This document shows, in pieces, positions 28,607-39,262 of a stretch of DNA of 64,000 nt; position 1 is the stretch's first letter, and every line of letters starts with the position of its first letter. This stretch comes from a virus, in IMG/VR virus record IMGVR_UViG_3300005613_000024, positions 1-64,000 of that record; one strand, given 5' to 3'. Position numbers and translations under genes: made by a program. The notes beneath the pieces were generated by a model. The model had not been told where the DNA came from. It saw only the letters and a list, made by a program, of their open reading frames with translations, and ran no database searches.

Positions 28607-30256
28607 ATGATTGGCGACCCCTTAATTTTATCACAAAAAGACTATGATAGAGCCAATGAAGTTATAAAGAATTTGAAAGATGAAAAAATTATTTTGATAG
28701 GTGGGACTTCGGGCAGTCATAAATGCTTTGGTAAAGGTACTAAAATTTTGATGTATGATACATCATTAAAAAACGTAGAAGATATTAAAGTTGGAGATGA
28801 ATTATTAGGCCCAGATGGAACAAAAAGAACTGTCAAAAAAATTCATTCTGGAATGGACAATCTATACAAAGTTAAACAAAAAAGAGGAATTTCATACATT
28901 GTAAACTCGAATCATTTATTATGCTTAAAATATTATAGATTTAATACAAGAGCTAAAAAAAGAGCAAAAGACGGATATATAAATATTGATGTGAAGAGTT
29001 GGAATAATTTATCGAATTATCATAAATTAATTTATAAAGGATATAAATCAGAAGGATTTGATTTGCCACATAAAAAACTTGCTTTAGAGCCTTATTTTTT
29101 AGGTTTATGGTTAGGTGATGGAAGAAATAGCAGTCAAGAAATATGTAGCAAGGATTTTGAAATTAGAGATTATTTACAAGATTATGCAAATAGACTTGAC
29201 ATGAAATTAAGTGTATATTGTGATAATTCAAAAAAAAGATGTAATTCTTATTCTATATGTAGAAAAAATCAGAAAAAACTCTCAAAAGTGTTGTACTGGT
29301 TAAGAGATTTAAAGATTTTGAATAATAAGCATATTCCTTATATTTATAAATGGAACACTAAACAAGTAAGATTAGAATTATTAGCAGGATTGTTAGATAC
29401 AGATGGATGTTATACAAAAAATAATGAATTTACAATTAGCACAAAATATTTAAAACTTGCAAATGATATTTGTTGGCTATGTAGCAGTTTAGGGTTTTAT
29501 TGTTCTTGTACAAAATTTAAAGTTAAAAATTATCCAGATAATAATTATTATAGAATTAACATTGACGGATTTCTAAATACTATACCTACTCGAATTTTGA
29601 GAAAAAAAGCAAAACCCAGAAAACAGGTAAAAAATCATTTGATTTCTGGTATAGATATAAATTATATAGAATTCGGTTATTATTATGGATTCGAAGTAGA
29701 TAAAGACCATTTATTTCTGTTAGAAGATTTTACTGTGGTGCATAATTCAGAGTTATCTTATTGTATTCAAAAACTTCTTTCCGATAAACGAAAATCAAGT
29801 CTTGTTATTTCTTTGGATGATTATTACAGTATTATCCCTTCTCTTAGAGCTATTAATCGTAAAAAAATGGGATTAGATTCAGTAGGGTTAAGTGAAATTG
29901 ATTGGGAGAATTTACAACGAATCTACGAGGATTTTAATAATAAAAGAGAAATTCATTTTAAAAGACTACATAGATTTTTAGATACAGTTGAACATAATGC
30001 TATTACAAATAGCGAAGACATAAATTATGTTCTTTTTGAAGGTCTTTATGCTAATTATCTTAGAAAATTTTACAATGATAACTTTTCTGTATTTCTTGAA
30101 GGAAGCCCCACGCAGACTTTAGAATTTAGAAAATTAAGAGGTAAAGAAGACGAGAACGATACTTTTCGTAAGCAAGTTGTTGAGAAAGAGTATAGAGTAG
30201 TATCACAGCTTCGCCGTTATGCTGATATGTTTTTATCTCACGAAAGTAAATCATGA
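28607..30256 (+). CDS. Uridine-kinase-like P-loop kinase interrupted by an intein
   Basis: Exteins join as IILIGGTSGSHK|SELS...VISLDDYY...LFEGLYA...RKLRG...RYADM (~208 aa mature). Confidence 0.75.
   Translation: MIGDPLILSQKDYDRANEVIKNLKDEKIILIGGTSGSHKCFGKGTKILMYDTSLKNVEDIKVGDELLGPDGTKRTVKKIHSGMDNLYKVKQKRGISYIVNSNHLLCLKYYRFNTRAKKRAKDGYINIDVKSWNNLSNYHKLIYKGYKSEGFDLPHKKLALEPYFLGLWLGDGRNSSQEICSKDFEIRDYLQDYANRLDMKLSVYCDNSKKRCNSYSICRKNQKKLSKVLYWLRDLKILNNKHIPYIYKWNTKQVRLELLAGLLDTDGCYTKNNEFTISTKYLKLANDICWLCSSLGFYCSCTKFKVKNYPDNNYYRINIDGFLNTIPTRILRKKAKPRKQVKNHLISGIDINYIEFGYYYGFEVDKDHLFLLEDFTVVHNSELSYCIQKLLSDKRKSSLVISLDDYYSIIPSLRAINRKKMGLDSVGLSEIDWENLQRIYEDFNNKREIHFKRLHRFLDTVEHNAITNSEDINYVLFEGLYANYLRKFYNDNFSVFLEGSPTQTLEFRKLRGKEDENDTFRKQVVEKEYRVVSQLRRYADMFLSHESKS
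28724..29746 (+). mobile_element. Intein (341 aa) with LAGLIDADG homing endonuclease
   Basis: Starts CFGKGTKILM, block B VNSNHLL, LGLWLGDG, LLAGLLDTDG, ends VVHN|S. Confidence 0.92.
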
Positions 30257-30606
30257 AAAAGAAAAAATGTATGAACTGTAATGAGAAGAATTTAATAACC
30301 GTTTGTAGTGCGTGTAATTTTAAAGCAAATGGAAATCGTGATTATTGGTTTGCTTTTTACAAATACATAAGGAATTAAAATGAAGCTGAATTTAACAAAA
30401 TTAATCAGAAATGATAGAATTTATGATATATCAAAAGTGTTGCAATTTGCTTATCCTAATGTATCAACAAAAAGAATCTGTCAATTAATTTTAAATAGAG
30501 ATTCTGTTGACCAAGCAATTATTATATTACAGGGAGCAAAAGAAATGAAAATGAATATTGATGAATTTGTTAAACTATATTTAAGTCATAAAAAATAAGG
30601 ATTATA

Positions 30607-31227
30607 ATGCAGACATATTTTACTGGATGTGAACACTATTCACATAAAAATATAATAAAATATTGTAATAGACCGTTTTCTTCTTATGAAGAAATGAATA
30701 TTAAATTAATAAAAAAACATAATGAAAGAGTTAAAAAAGATGATGTGGTTTATCATCTTGGTGATTTCATATTATACGGAAAAACTAAAACAGGTAACGG
30801 AGAAGAAACTAAATCAGATAACATTCTTTCTCAATTAAACGGGACTCACATATTTTTAGAAGGGAATCATGATAGAGGGAATAGAAATACTTTAAAAACA
30901 AAAAATCAAGAAATTATTTTAAATCAAAACGGATTAAGAATTCAGCTTTTACATGACCCAATTTATGCACGAATTGATTATGATTTAATTCTTTGTAGTC
31001 ATGTACATCGAGCTTGGAAGGTAAAAGAAATTTATTATTTAGGGCAAATAAGGCTTTGTATTAATGTAGGTGTAGATGTAAATAACTACATGCCTATTCG
31101 TTTAGATGAAATATTATCTATTTATTATCGTTGGAAAAAAGAAAGAAGTAAAATAAAAAGATGGGAACAGCCTGGGACATTAAAAGAATTAAACAAAGGA
31201 ACACTGATAGATGAAACTTCTAACTGA
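30607..31227 (+). CDS. Calcineurin-like phosphoesterase with degenerate motif I
   Basis: FTGCEHYSH (usually SDxHFGH), HLGDF, GNHD, SHVH, INVGVD. Confidence 0.8.
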   Translation: MQTYFTGCEHYSHKNIIKYCNRPFSSYEEMNIKLIKKHNERVKKDDVVYHLGDFILYGKTKTGNGEETKSDNILSQLNGTHIFLEGNHDRGNRNTLKTKNQEIILNQNGLRIQLLHDPIYARIDYDLILCSHVHRAWKVKEIYYLGQIRLCINVGVDVNNYMPIRLDEILSIYYRWKKERSKIKRWEQPGTLKELNKGTLIDETSN

Positions 31228-31597
31228 ATTGCCAGAAAATGTTAAACTTAGTCAACACCTTCGAAATGAAGCCGAGGGTTATATAGATGTAATGTTTTTT
31301 GGCATTACTTATTATATCCCCGTAACTGCTAGTTTCAAAAAAGCTTTTAAAGCAAAACGAGTTAAGAATAAATTAATTTTTAATACTTTTAAACAGGACA
31401 ATGCTATTAAATTTTTTTTAAGAGATTTGATAAGTTCTATTTATTTACAAATAAGAGATACGATAGGCGAAGAGATTCATAGAAAGTTATCAGACGAGAT
31501 TAACGAAGGATTATGTGAATTATTTACAAAGCGATTAGAAAACAGAATTAATAAAGAATTTAATCAAAAGCAATTGGAATATAAAGATGAAAATTAA
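31211..31597 (+). CDS. Hypothetical protein
   Basis: Overlapping operon ORF. Confidence 0.5.
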   Translation: MKLLTELPENVKLSQHLRNEAEGYIDVMFFGITYYIPVTASFKKAFKAKRVKNKLIFNTFKQDNAIKFFLRDLISSIYLQIRDTIGEEIHRKLSDEINEGLCELFTKRLENRINKEFNQKQLEYKDEN

Positions 31598-32072
31598 AGT
31601 ATTTGGTGAATTAGAAATTCAAAGATTTAAAACAAACGAAGAACATATTGTAATAAGTGTTCAAGACCCTAATTATGATTTTGTTAAATTACCAGAACAA
31701 AAATCAAGATTAGGATGGATAGGTTTAAAACTTCATGATTCAGATACTAATATTTGTCCAGAAACTTCAAAAGAAAATACAAATATAGTTCTATTTAACA
31801 AACTTCATGCTCAGTCTATTTTAAATTTTTTAAACGAATGGAAAAATGGAGTAAACTTGATTTGTATAAATTGTGGTGTAGGAATTTCAAGAAGTGCTGG
31901 TATTGCAGGTGCATTGAGTAAGATTTTAAATGGAGATGATGATTATTATTTTAAGAATTATTGCCCTAATATGCTGGTTTATCGTACTATTTTAAATGAG
32001 TATTATGGTGACAATTTTCATGATTTTAATAAAAAAGAAATAAAGAGTAATTCAGATATTAAATTTATTTAA
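31587..32072 (+). CDS. Cys-based protein tyrosine/dual-specificity phosphatase-like protein
   Basis: Cx5R loop NCGVGISRS, ISVQDP, PNMLVY. Confidence 0.8.
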   Translation: MKIKVFGELEIQRFKTNEEHIVISVQDPNYDFVKLPEQKSRLGWIGLKLHDSDTNICPETSKENTNIVLFNKLHAQSILNFLNEWKNGVNLICINCGVGISRSAGIAGALSKILNGDDDYYFKNYCPNMLVYRTILNEYYGDNFHDFNKKEIKSNSDIKFI

Positions 32073-32084
32073 TTAAGGAAATCT

Positions 32085-34016
32085 ATGAAGAATAAGAAAT
32101 TAATAAAATCCTTTTTATTGGATTATTTAAAAAAGAAAGTACCAGGTTTTAAGAAGAAAGGAAAGATGTTGTTCTGTCCCAAATGTCAAGATGAAAAATT
32201 AACGGCTAATATTTTTCCAAAAAATAGTAATGAACTTTTTTGTTTTTCTCCTGATTGTCAAAAAATAGGAGACATTTTTAAAATATGTAGAGATTTAGAA
32301 TTTGAAGGAAATCAAGATGTGTCAGACGAATATATTGCTAAACATTTAATTAAGATGTTTTCAATAAAAACAGATGATTATATTAATCAATTATTAGAAA
32401 AGTTTGCATCTTGGGAATGGGATTTAGTACCAATTAAAAATGATGATAAAATTCCTATCGAGAAAAATTGGACTAATAAAAGTCATAAAGATATTAGAGA
32501 ATGGCAAGAATGGCTAAAGAATAAAAGTGGCTTAGGAATGAAAACAGGAGCAATATCTAAAACTACTGGAATAGATGCAGACCTAATTACTAAAGAAGAA
32601 TCAGAAATTTGGCAAAAAGGAACAGCTAAGAAGAAAATAGAAGAGATTATAAAAAAGAAAGAGGAGAAATTACAAAAATTAAAATCATTAGAAATGTTTA
32701 ATGATACTGTTATACAAGACTCTGGATGGAAAGGTGTTCACTTTTTCTATAAATATGAAGCAGATATTCCTAAATGTTCATTTGATTATGAAGGAATTCA
32801 TTTTGATATTGAAAATGATGGCGGTTATATCTTAATAGAACCTTCTACTTTTGCAGGAAAAACAAGAAAAATAGAAGGAGAAATTATAGAAAAAATGAGT
32901 TCTGAATTAAAAGATTTAATTCTTTCGAATATTGGTAAAAAGTCAGAAGAAAAAATAGATGACAAAGAAACAAAACTAGAAAATAATGATAGTGAGTTGA
33001 TTAAAGGGTTGGACGGAAAATGTAATTCTACTTTTGTTCAAGTTGGTGGGATGTTTCGTAAATTTATGAATGTAAGGCAAACAGAACAAGCACTTTTTCT
33101 CGTAAACAAACACATGCTAGATGACCCAATGGATTACAAATCTGTTAAATCTATGTGTCAACAAATAGAAAAGTATCATCAAGTTGACTTAGAAACAATA
33201 AGCAAAGAAATTATGAATCATATGCATATTGTCAAGGATGCTCATGTAAGAGATTTAAAAGAATGTTTGGGTTATGATAGAAAAGATTTAGAGCAAGCTG
33301 TTAAATATCTATGCGACCACAAAAAATTATATAAAATTAAGAAAGATTTATATAGACTAATAGAAGATATAGAATGGCAAGAAGATTTTATGAATTTAAT
33401 AAAACCAATAAATTTTGATGTACCTTATTTTAACGAATACGCTTGTTTTAATCAGGGTTCGATGATTGTGATTGGAGCAAAAAGTGGATATGGGAAAACG
33501 CATATAAACATGAATATTATTAAAAAGCTTATAGAGGATGGTCATTATCCTTATTTATTGTCTACCGAAGGTGGTGGTGGATTTGCAAAAGTAGCTCAAA
33601 CATTAGGAGTGAAAGAAGGGGATTTTGCCTATAAAGTTTTAAGAGACCCTTCAATTGCAACTTTAAAACCAAATGCTATAACTATAATTGATTGGCTCAA
33701 AGCTCCCGATGGCGAACATGCTAAAACGGATGTTATGTACGAAAAGATTAATGACCAGTTAATAGAGAAAGGTGGATTAACTATTATTTTTGCTCAATTA
33801 AAGAAAGAAAATGGAGGTTTTTATGCAGAAAACATGGTAGAGCAATATGCCTCTCTTGTTGCTAAATTTTATTACCCTTCTATAAACGGAGTTTCAGATA
33901 ATTTGCACCCTTATTTTAAAACTAATAAAATTCGGGATTCTAAAGTTGGAAGACAATTTATAGAAATTCCGCTAGTATTTAATCCAGATACAAAAATTTT
34001 GGAGTTGAAAAAATGA
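32085..34016 (+). CDS. Zn-finger / bifunctional primase-polymerase / P-loop helicase fusion
   Basis: CPKC..C....C; KIP..NW, GMKTG, GIDAD, GVHFFY, GGYILIEPS; GAKSGYGKT, IIDW, FAQ, KIRD. Confidence 0.85.
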   Translation: MKNKKLIKSFLLDYLKKKVPGFKKKGKMLFCPKCQDEKLTANIFPKNSNELFCFSPDCQKIGDIFKICRDLEFEGNQDVSDEYIAKHLIKMFSIKTDDYINQLLEKFASWEWDLVPIKNDDKIPIEKNWTNKSHKDIREWQEWLKNKSGLGMKTGAISKTTGIDADLITKEESEIWQKGTAKKKIEEIIKKKEEKLQKLKSLEMFNDTVIQDSGWKGVHFFYKYEADIPKCSFDYEGIHFDIENDGGYILIEPSTFAGKTRKIEGEIIEKMSSELKDLILSNIGKKSEEKIDDKETKLENNDSELIKGLDGKCNSTFVQVGGMFRKFMNVRQTEQALFLVNKHMLDDPMDYKSVKSMCQQIEKYHQVDLETISKEIMNHMHIVKDAHVRDLKECLGYDRKDLEQAVKYLCDHKKLYKIKKDLYRLIEDIEWQEDFMNLIKPINFDVPYFNEYACFNQGSMIVIGAKSGYGKTHINMNIIKKLIEDGHYPYLLSTEGGGGFAKVAQTLGVKEGDFAYKVLRDPSIATLKPNAITIIDWLKAPDGEHAKTDVMYEKINDQLIEKGGLTIIFAQLKKENGGFYAENMVEQYASLVAKFYYPSINGVSDNLHPYFKTNKIRDSKVGRQFIEIPLVFNPDTKILELKK

Positions 34017-34591
34017 AAATAAAAATTATAGACTTAGAAAAAAAGTTAAATAAAAAGATAAAAAGAAATTTTAAGTCAATAGGATTAGATACAGCACAAA
34101 AATCAGGAATTGTTTTTTTGAAAACTGATAAAACTTATCTCTATATTGACGGTTTAGTTTTAGGATTTAATACTAAAGATAGAAAAGAGATATATGCCAC
34201 TATGGTTAAAACATTTGAAAAATTAATTCAAGAAGAAGATATTGCAGTTATTGAAGATGTTTTTATTGGATTTAATCGAAAAGGTTCACTTGAATTAGTT
34301 CGTTACGGGGCATACGCTATCGCAGAATGTATCAAAAAAAGTATAGACTATGAAATTATTTTAGCTCAAACAGCAAGAGCAAAATTTAAAATAGATACTA
34401 GAAGTGAAGGAAAAGGAAGAAGCAAAATTGCTGTAGGTAAATGGGTCTATAGTTTAGGAATAGATTTAAAAGATAATAATTTAGTAGATGGATTTATTTT
34501 GGCTTTATTAGGAATTTGTAAAGATATAGATTTTAAACCGAAAACCAAAAAGAAGAAAAAGAAAGTTAAAACAACGAGTAAAAGAAAATGA
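34013..34591 (+). CDS. RuvC-like Holliday junction resolvase
   Basis: IGLDTA, VIEDVF, NNLVDGF; lysine-rich tail. Confidence 0.75.
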   Translation: MKIKIIDLEKKLNKKIKRNFKSIGLDTAQKSGIVFLKTDKTYLYIDGLVLGFNTKDRKEIYATMVKTFEKLIQEEDIAVIEDVFIGFNRKGSLELVRYGAYAIAECIKKSIDYEIILAQTARAKFKIDTRSEGKGRSKIAVGKWVYSLGIDLKDNNLVDGFILALLGICKDIDFKPKTKKKKKKVKTTSKRK

Positions 34592-35205
34592 AAAAATTTA
34601 TAATGTCATATTATAATTGGAGATTACATGGTCTTGTAGAGGCTCAACAAGATTATTCTCGTTATTTATGTTTATATGGAGAAACTAATACAATAGAATG
34701 CATAGGTTTAGAATTTATGGTTAAGTGGCAAGACTTTTTATTAGAAGTTACAAAATCTCTTATACCTAAACAATGGATAAAGAATTCATGAAAAAGTGTA
34801 AATATTGTAATTCTATTTGGGTTTGTTGGAATTGGATTTATGTTCCAAAAGATAAATATAAAGAATTAAATCCTCATAAAAATATAAAGACAGATTTTTG
34901 GGGACATGAATGTTGGAAATGTGAAGGTTGTCAAGAAACTTCTTATCAAGTAAAAAATGGTATTCCTTATTTTATATTATATCATTTTTATGGTTTATTC
35001 AAAGGAATAATTAAGTGAAAAAATTATTAGATTATATTAAACATCAAATTTATAATTTTAAACATTTTTTAATTTATAAACGATTCGGATATATTATTTG
35101 GATAAAGTCCATTAAAAGATATATTTTATTTTGTTCTAAATGTGGAGAATATATTTGTTCTGATGGATTATGTTCTAATCCGTTTTGCCCTGAGAGAATA
35201 AATCA

Positions 35206-35529
35206 ATGAAAAAAGAATGGGAAAAACTTGAAGAATTTATTCTTGAACACATAAAAGAGATAGATTCTTATGCTAAGAAAAGTCCTGGTTCGGGTAACAA
35301 GGGAAGAAAGGGAGATTTAGTTACCAAGTGTGGCTTGAAAATAGAATGTAAAGATAATCAAAGTCTGAAAAATGCTTATAAAGAAGTAGATATGCAAAAA
35401 ATTATAGAAGAAGTTCCATTACACTCACAAGATATACCTATTTTGATAACAAGAAATAAAGATAAAAAAATAAGAGTACATTTAGATTTTAAAGATTTTT
35501 GGGAAATTTATAAAGGGAGTATAAAATGA
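35206..35529 (+). CDS. Small PD-(D/E)XK nuclease (Hjc-like)
   Basis: WEKLE...SPGSGN...KGDL...KIECK. Confidence 0.7.
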   Translation: MKKEWEKLEEFILEHIKEIDSYAKKSPGSGNKGRKGDLVTKCGLKIECKDNQSLKNAYKEVDMQKIIEEVPLHSQDIPILITRNKDKKIRVHLDFKDFWEIYKGSIK

Positions 35530-35951
35530 ATAATTTAGAATATATACTTAAAAAATATAAAATTAAAATTAATAAGCCATCTATTAAAAATGATGTTATT
35601 AGATGGTATCAAAATGAATGTAGACTTTATATGGATGAATATGAAAAAATGAAAGAAAAGAGAAAAATATATCTATTTGAACATATTTTTAGTTTCGTTT
35701 CCAGAATTAATATACATCAATACGAATTTAAGAATGAAAAATTAATTAAGACAGTATTATTCATAAAAGAGCTACCTAAGCTTTTTTGTAGATGCATGTT
35801 TAGACCTGAAACAGAAACTAAATTAAAAGAAGAAAATAGAGTATCTAAAAATGTTTTTGGAATTTCGCCAGCTTTGAAAGCATTAAAAGTCATCAAACAA
35901 AAAGAAAAAATAGATACTTATTTTTATAATCGCTGGCTGAGGAGAAATTAA
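35526..35951 (+). CDS. Hypothetical protein
   Basis: Coupled ORF. Confidence 0.5.
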   Translation: MNNLEYILKKYKIKINKPSIKNDVIRWYQNECRLYMDEYEKMKEKRKIYLFEHIFSFVSRINIHQYEFKNEKLIKTVLFIKELPKLFCRCMFRPETETKLKEENRVSKNVFGISPALKALKVIKQKEKIDTYFYNRWLRRN

Positions 35952-36605
35952 ATGAATATTTTCTGGTATATATTTTACATAGACGCTTGGCTTCTAGCAA
36001 TATTGTATATTTGGGGCGAGATAGCAGTAAAGATGGAATTTAAAGATACTTGGAAAGACGAGAAGACGATGGAAGTTAAAAAATCTCGCCGTCTTTCTAA
36101 AGCTTGGCTGAAAGTTCATCCTATTTTAGATTTTCTTCAAAATTGTCATTATGAAATTGGTTGGAAATTAAAAATCCCTGAAGAAATTTATGATGAAATT
36201 AAATGGTTTATTCAAAGAGGTAAGAGAGGTTATTCTGATAGAGATGTTTGGGGATTTCATTATTATTTAGCAGATGTTATCTTTAATGGAATAAAAGATT
36301 TTAAAAAACAAGTTCATGGTGTTCCTTGCGATATTCCTAAAAAGATAGGCGAAAAGCATTCTTCTAAATTAAGAAAATCAATAAAAGAGTGGAAAAGAAT
36401 TTTAGGAGAAATTCAGTGGACATTTAAAACTGTTAAAAAAATAGATAACGGTAACTGGATTTTAGTAGAAAATGAAAAACAACGAAAGAGAATTAAAAGT
36501 TTGAAATTTCGTAAAAAATATCATATAATGACAAAAGAAGAATGTAAAAGGTATAACGAAGGTTGGAAACTTTTTAAAAAGTATTTTTACAATTTATGGG
36601 ATTAA
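35952..36605 (+). CDS. Conserved phage hypothetical protein with N-terminal TM
   Basis: QRGKRGYSDRDVW...HGVP...LFKKYFYNLWD pattern. Confidence 0.65.
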   Translation: MNIFWYIFYIDAWLLAILYIWGEIAVKMEFKDTWKDEKTMEVKKSRRLSKAWLKVHPILDFLQNCHYEIGWKLKIPEEIYDEIKWFIQRGKRGYSDRDVWGFHYYLADVIFNGIKDFKKQVHGVPCDIPKKIGEKHSSKLRKSIKEWKRILGEIQWTFKTVKKIDNGNWILVENEKQRKRIKSLKFRKKYHIMTKEECKRYNEGWKLFKKYFYNLWD

Positions 36606-36614
36606 GGAGAATTT

Positions 36615-37778
36615 ATGAACGAACGTAAGAAAAGGCTATTAGAGACCATGAAATCTTTAAATAAAACTTTTAAAGAAGAGACTTTGTTCTTTGGTAATGA
36701 GATAGAAAATAAAGAAAAAATATCTACAGGTATTAAGAAAATAGATAAATTTTTAGGCGGTGGTATTAAAAGAGGTACTCATACAATTTTTTGGGGTGGA
36801 ATTGCAAATGGAAAGACCACTTTAGCTTTACAAACAATAGCAAATGCTCAGAAACAGGGATATATTTGCGCCTATTTAAACACTGAAAAACCTATTGATA
36901 ATGAAAGATTTGACATGCTAGGAGTAAATAGAAGAGAATTGATAAGAGCTAACTGTGCTAAGAATGCAGAACAAACCTTAACAATTGTAAAAAAATTATG
37001 CGATGCAAAAGTTGTGGATTTAGTTGTTGTCGATTCTGTAAATGCATTAAGTCCAAAAGCCGAACAAGAAACTAAACAAGGAAAGGAAAGAGGGCTAGAA
37101 GAAAAGAATATTGCTGAATTAGCAAGATTATTATCAGAATTTTGCAGAAAAGTAAATCCATCTGTTTATAACGCTAGTTGTGCAATGATTTGGATTGGGC
37201 AATTAAGAATTGGAGGTATAGGAACTTTTTATACTAGAGCAACTTTGTCTTGTGGAGAAGCTTTAAAGTTTTATGCATATAATATTGTTTATTTAAGAAA
37301 CGGTCAATCCTCTGATGCTCCTGTTAAAAAATTTAAGGAATTTTTTGTAGACCCTGACGGAAAAATTCGTTATGTTACTAAAAAAGAAAAGATAGGATTT
37401 GATTCAGTTTTTAGAATGGATAGAAGTAATTCTGGAGATTCTGTTAGAGAAGGAGAAGAAAGTCATTTTGCTTTTATTGGAGAGAAAGGTTTTGTTGATA
37501 AAATAGAAGATGTAGAGGATATTCCAATTAAAATAGATGCAGAAAATGAAGAACAAAAAGATAAAATCATGAAGTATTTAGTTGATAAAGGAATTAAAAA
37601 AGCTTGCAAGAAATTAGTAAATGATGATAAAGCATTGAAAAAACTAGCTGAAGATTATTTAGCAGAAGATGAGCCAAAGGCTATAATTCACGCAAATCCC
37701 AACGCAGTCGCTAAGTTTACAAGGTCAGAAGAACCAAAAAAGAAAAAAAGAGGAAGACCTAGAAAGGAGAAAAAATAA
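36615..37778 (+). CDS. recA: RecA/UvsX-like recombinase with C-terminal AT-hook
   Basis: ISTG...D..LGGGI, GGIANGKTTLAL, VVVDSVNAL, IGQLR, GEALKFYA; tail KKRGRPRK. Confidence 0.9.
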   Translation: MNERKKRLLETMKSLNKTFKEETLFFGNEIENKEKISTGIKKIDKFLGGGIKRGTHTIFWGGIANGKTTLALQTIANAQKQGYICAYLNTEKPIDNERFDMLGVNRRELIRANCAKNAEQTLTIVKKLCDAKVVDLVVVDSVNALSPKAEQETKQGKERGLEEKNIAELARLLSEFCRKVNPSVYNASCAMIWIGQLRIGGIGTFYTRATLSCGEALKFYAYNIVYLRNGQSSDAPVKKFKEFFVDPDGKIRYVTKKEKIGFDSVFRMDRSNSGDSVREGEESHFAFIGEKGFVDKIEDVEDIPIKIDAENEEQKDKIMKYLVDKGIKKACKKLVNDDKALKKLAEDYLAEDEPKAIIHANPNAVAKFTRSEEPKKKKRGRPRKEKK

Positions 37779-38170
37779 TGCATTCCTGGGGAGATAAAAA
37801 TGTCGATTGGCAAGGATTAAATGAATGTGTCAATTACTTAGATAAAAATTTACGCAGATGGGGTAGGATAAATGTTAGACAAACAAAGGAGAAATTTGGA
37901 ACTTTAAGATGTTATTGTTCTTTGGGATGGACTTGTCTTTTAAATATTACTCATCCAGGATATATTCACTATAGACCTTATCCAAAATGGTTAAGAACTT
38001 TTGATATTTTTGTTTTATCAAGAATTATTCCGTATTTAAATTTTATTATTTTACCTTATCATAAATGGTTGTATCGAAAACTATATGCTGATATGGTTAC
38101 TAAATATCCTCATTTAAAAGAAGAGATTTTATGTACACCCGATTTTCCTAAATTATTAATAGATTTATAA
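37778..38170 (+). CDS. Conserved phage hypothetical protein (QxKEKFGxLR motif)
   Basis: RQTKEKFGTLRCY. Confidence 0.6.
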   Translation: MHSWGDKNVDWQGLNECVNYLDKNLRRWGRINVRQTKEKFGTLRCYCSLGWTCLLNITHPGYIHYRPYPKWLRTFDIFVLSRIIPYLNFIILPYHKWLYRKLYADMVTKYPHLKEEILCTPDFPKLLIDL

Positions 38171-38172
38171 AC

Positions 38173-38200
38173 TTGACAACTGAAAAATATATGTTATACT
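38173..38200 (+). promoter_or_regulatory. Sigma70-type promoter
   Basis: TTGACA-ACTGAAAAATATATGT-TATACT (16-bp spacer). Confidence 0.8.
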
Positions 38201-38246
38201 TGTATAGAAAAAATTTTATTAAGAGGTTAAAAAAAAGGAGAGATGC

Positions 38247-38813
38247 ATGAATGGAAAGATGAATCATGTGATGTTAGATTTAGAAACCTTTGGAAATGAT
38301 TTTAATTCTATTATTGTTCAAATAGGGGCATGGTATTTTAATGAACAGGGAAAATTAGGAAAGAAATTATGTATAAATGTTGATTCTGAAGATTGCGAAA
38401 AATATGGACTAAATTGTACAGCTTCTACAGTTAAATGGTGGTTACAACAAGACAACGAAACAATCAAAAAACTATTCGAAAATCCTAAACCACTAAAAGA
38501 TTCTTTAATAATCTTATTAGATTTTTTAAAAGATGCAGATTATATTTGGCAACATTCAAGCTTTGATGCTCCAATTTTAAACAATGCTATCAAAAAAGTG
38601 GGATTAGTTAATTCAATTCATTATAGAACTTGGAAAGATTTAAGGTCGGCAGAATATTGTTTGGGAATAGATAAAAGTAAATTTAGTTTCGTCGGCAAAG
38701 CACATTACAGTATTGATGATTGTCTTTTTCAAATTAAATATCTGGTAAGCGGATTGAAAAGAAAGGTAAAATCTAATGACAAGCAAAGAAATAAAAAGAA
38801 TTTACGAAAATAA
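38247..38813 (+). CDS. DEDDh 3'-5' exonuclease
   Basis: MLDLETF, TVKWW..Q, SFDAPIL, DLRS, AHYSIDD. Confidence 0.85.
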   Translation: MNGKMNHVMLDLETFGNDFNSIIVQIGAWYFNEQGKLGKKLCINVDSEDCEKYGLNCTASTVKWWLQQDNETIKKLFENPKPLKDSLIILLDFLKDADYIWQHSSFDAPILNNAIKKVGLVNSIHYRTWKDLRSAEYCLGIDKSKFSFVGKAHYSIDDCLFQIKYLVSGLKRKVKSNDKQRNKKNLRK

Positions 38814-39261
38814 TGAAATAGATAAACTTTATAAAGATTACGAAAAATATTTTAATAAGATAGATGAATGGGCTGATAAATTTATTGACGGAGATTTATT
38901 AACAGAATACGAATTAAAACAAGCACAACAGATTCTAAATGGGTGTCAGACTAAGTTAAATGCAATTGCAGGAGCTTTAGAAGCATTAGTAGTTGAATAT
39001 GAAAATAATTATTTCTTAAAAGAAGAAAGTACATTTAAAAATGTAAGAATGCAAGATAAAGACCACTGTAAAGCTCATGCAAGAAAAGAAGTATCTGATT
39101 TAAGACGATATGCTTCTGATTTTTCAAGATATGTTAATTCTGCTCAGAATGCAGTTGTTACTGTACAGTCTTTACTTAAAAGACAAACTATAGAAAAGGG
39201 TAATAAAGGAGTAGATTTTACGGGAGATAAATCTAACATGAAAGATGAAAGAACTTGGTAA
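38776..39261 (+). CDS. Hypothetical helical protein
   Basis: All-helical appearance in a recombination/replication context. Confidence 0.5.
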   Translation: MTSKEIKRIYENNEIDKLYKDYEKYFNKIDEWADKFIDGDLLTEYELKQAQQILNGCQTKLNAIAGALEALVVEYENNYFLKEESTFKNVRMQDKDHCKAHARKEVSDLRRYASDFSRYVNSAQNAVVTVQSLLKRQTIEKGNKGVDFTGDKSNMKDERTW

Positions 39262-39262
39262 A

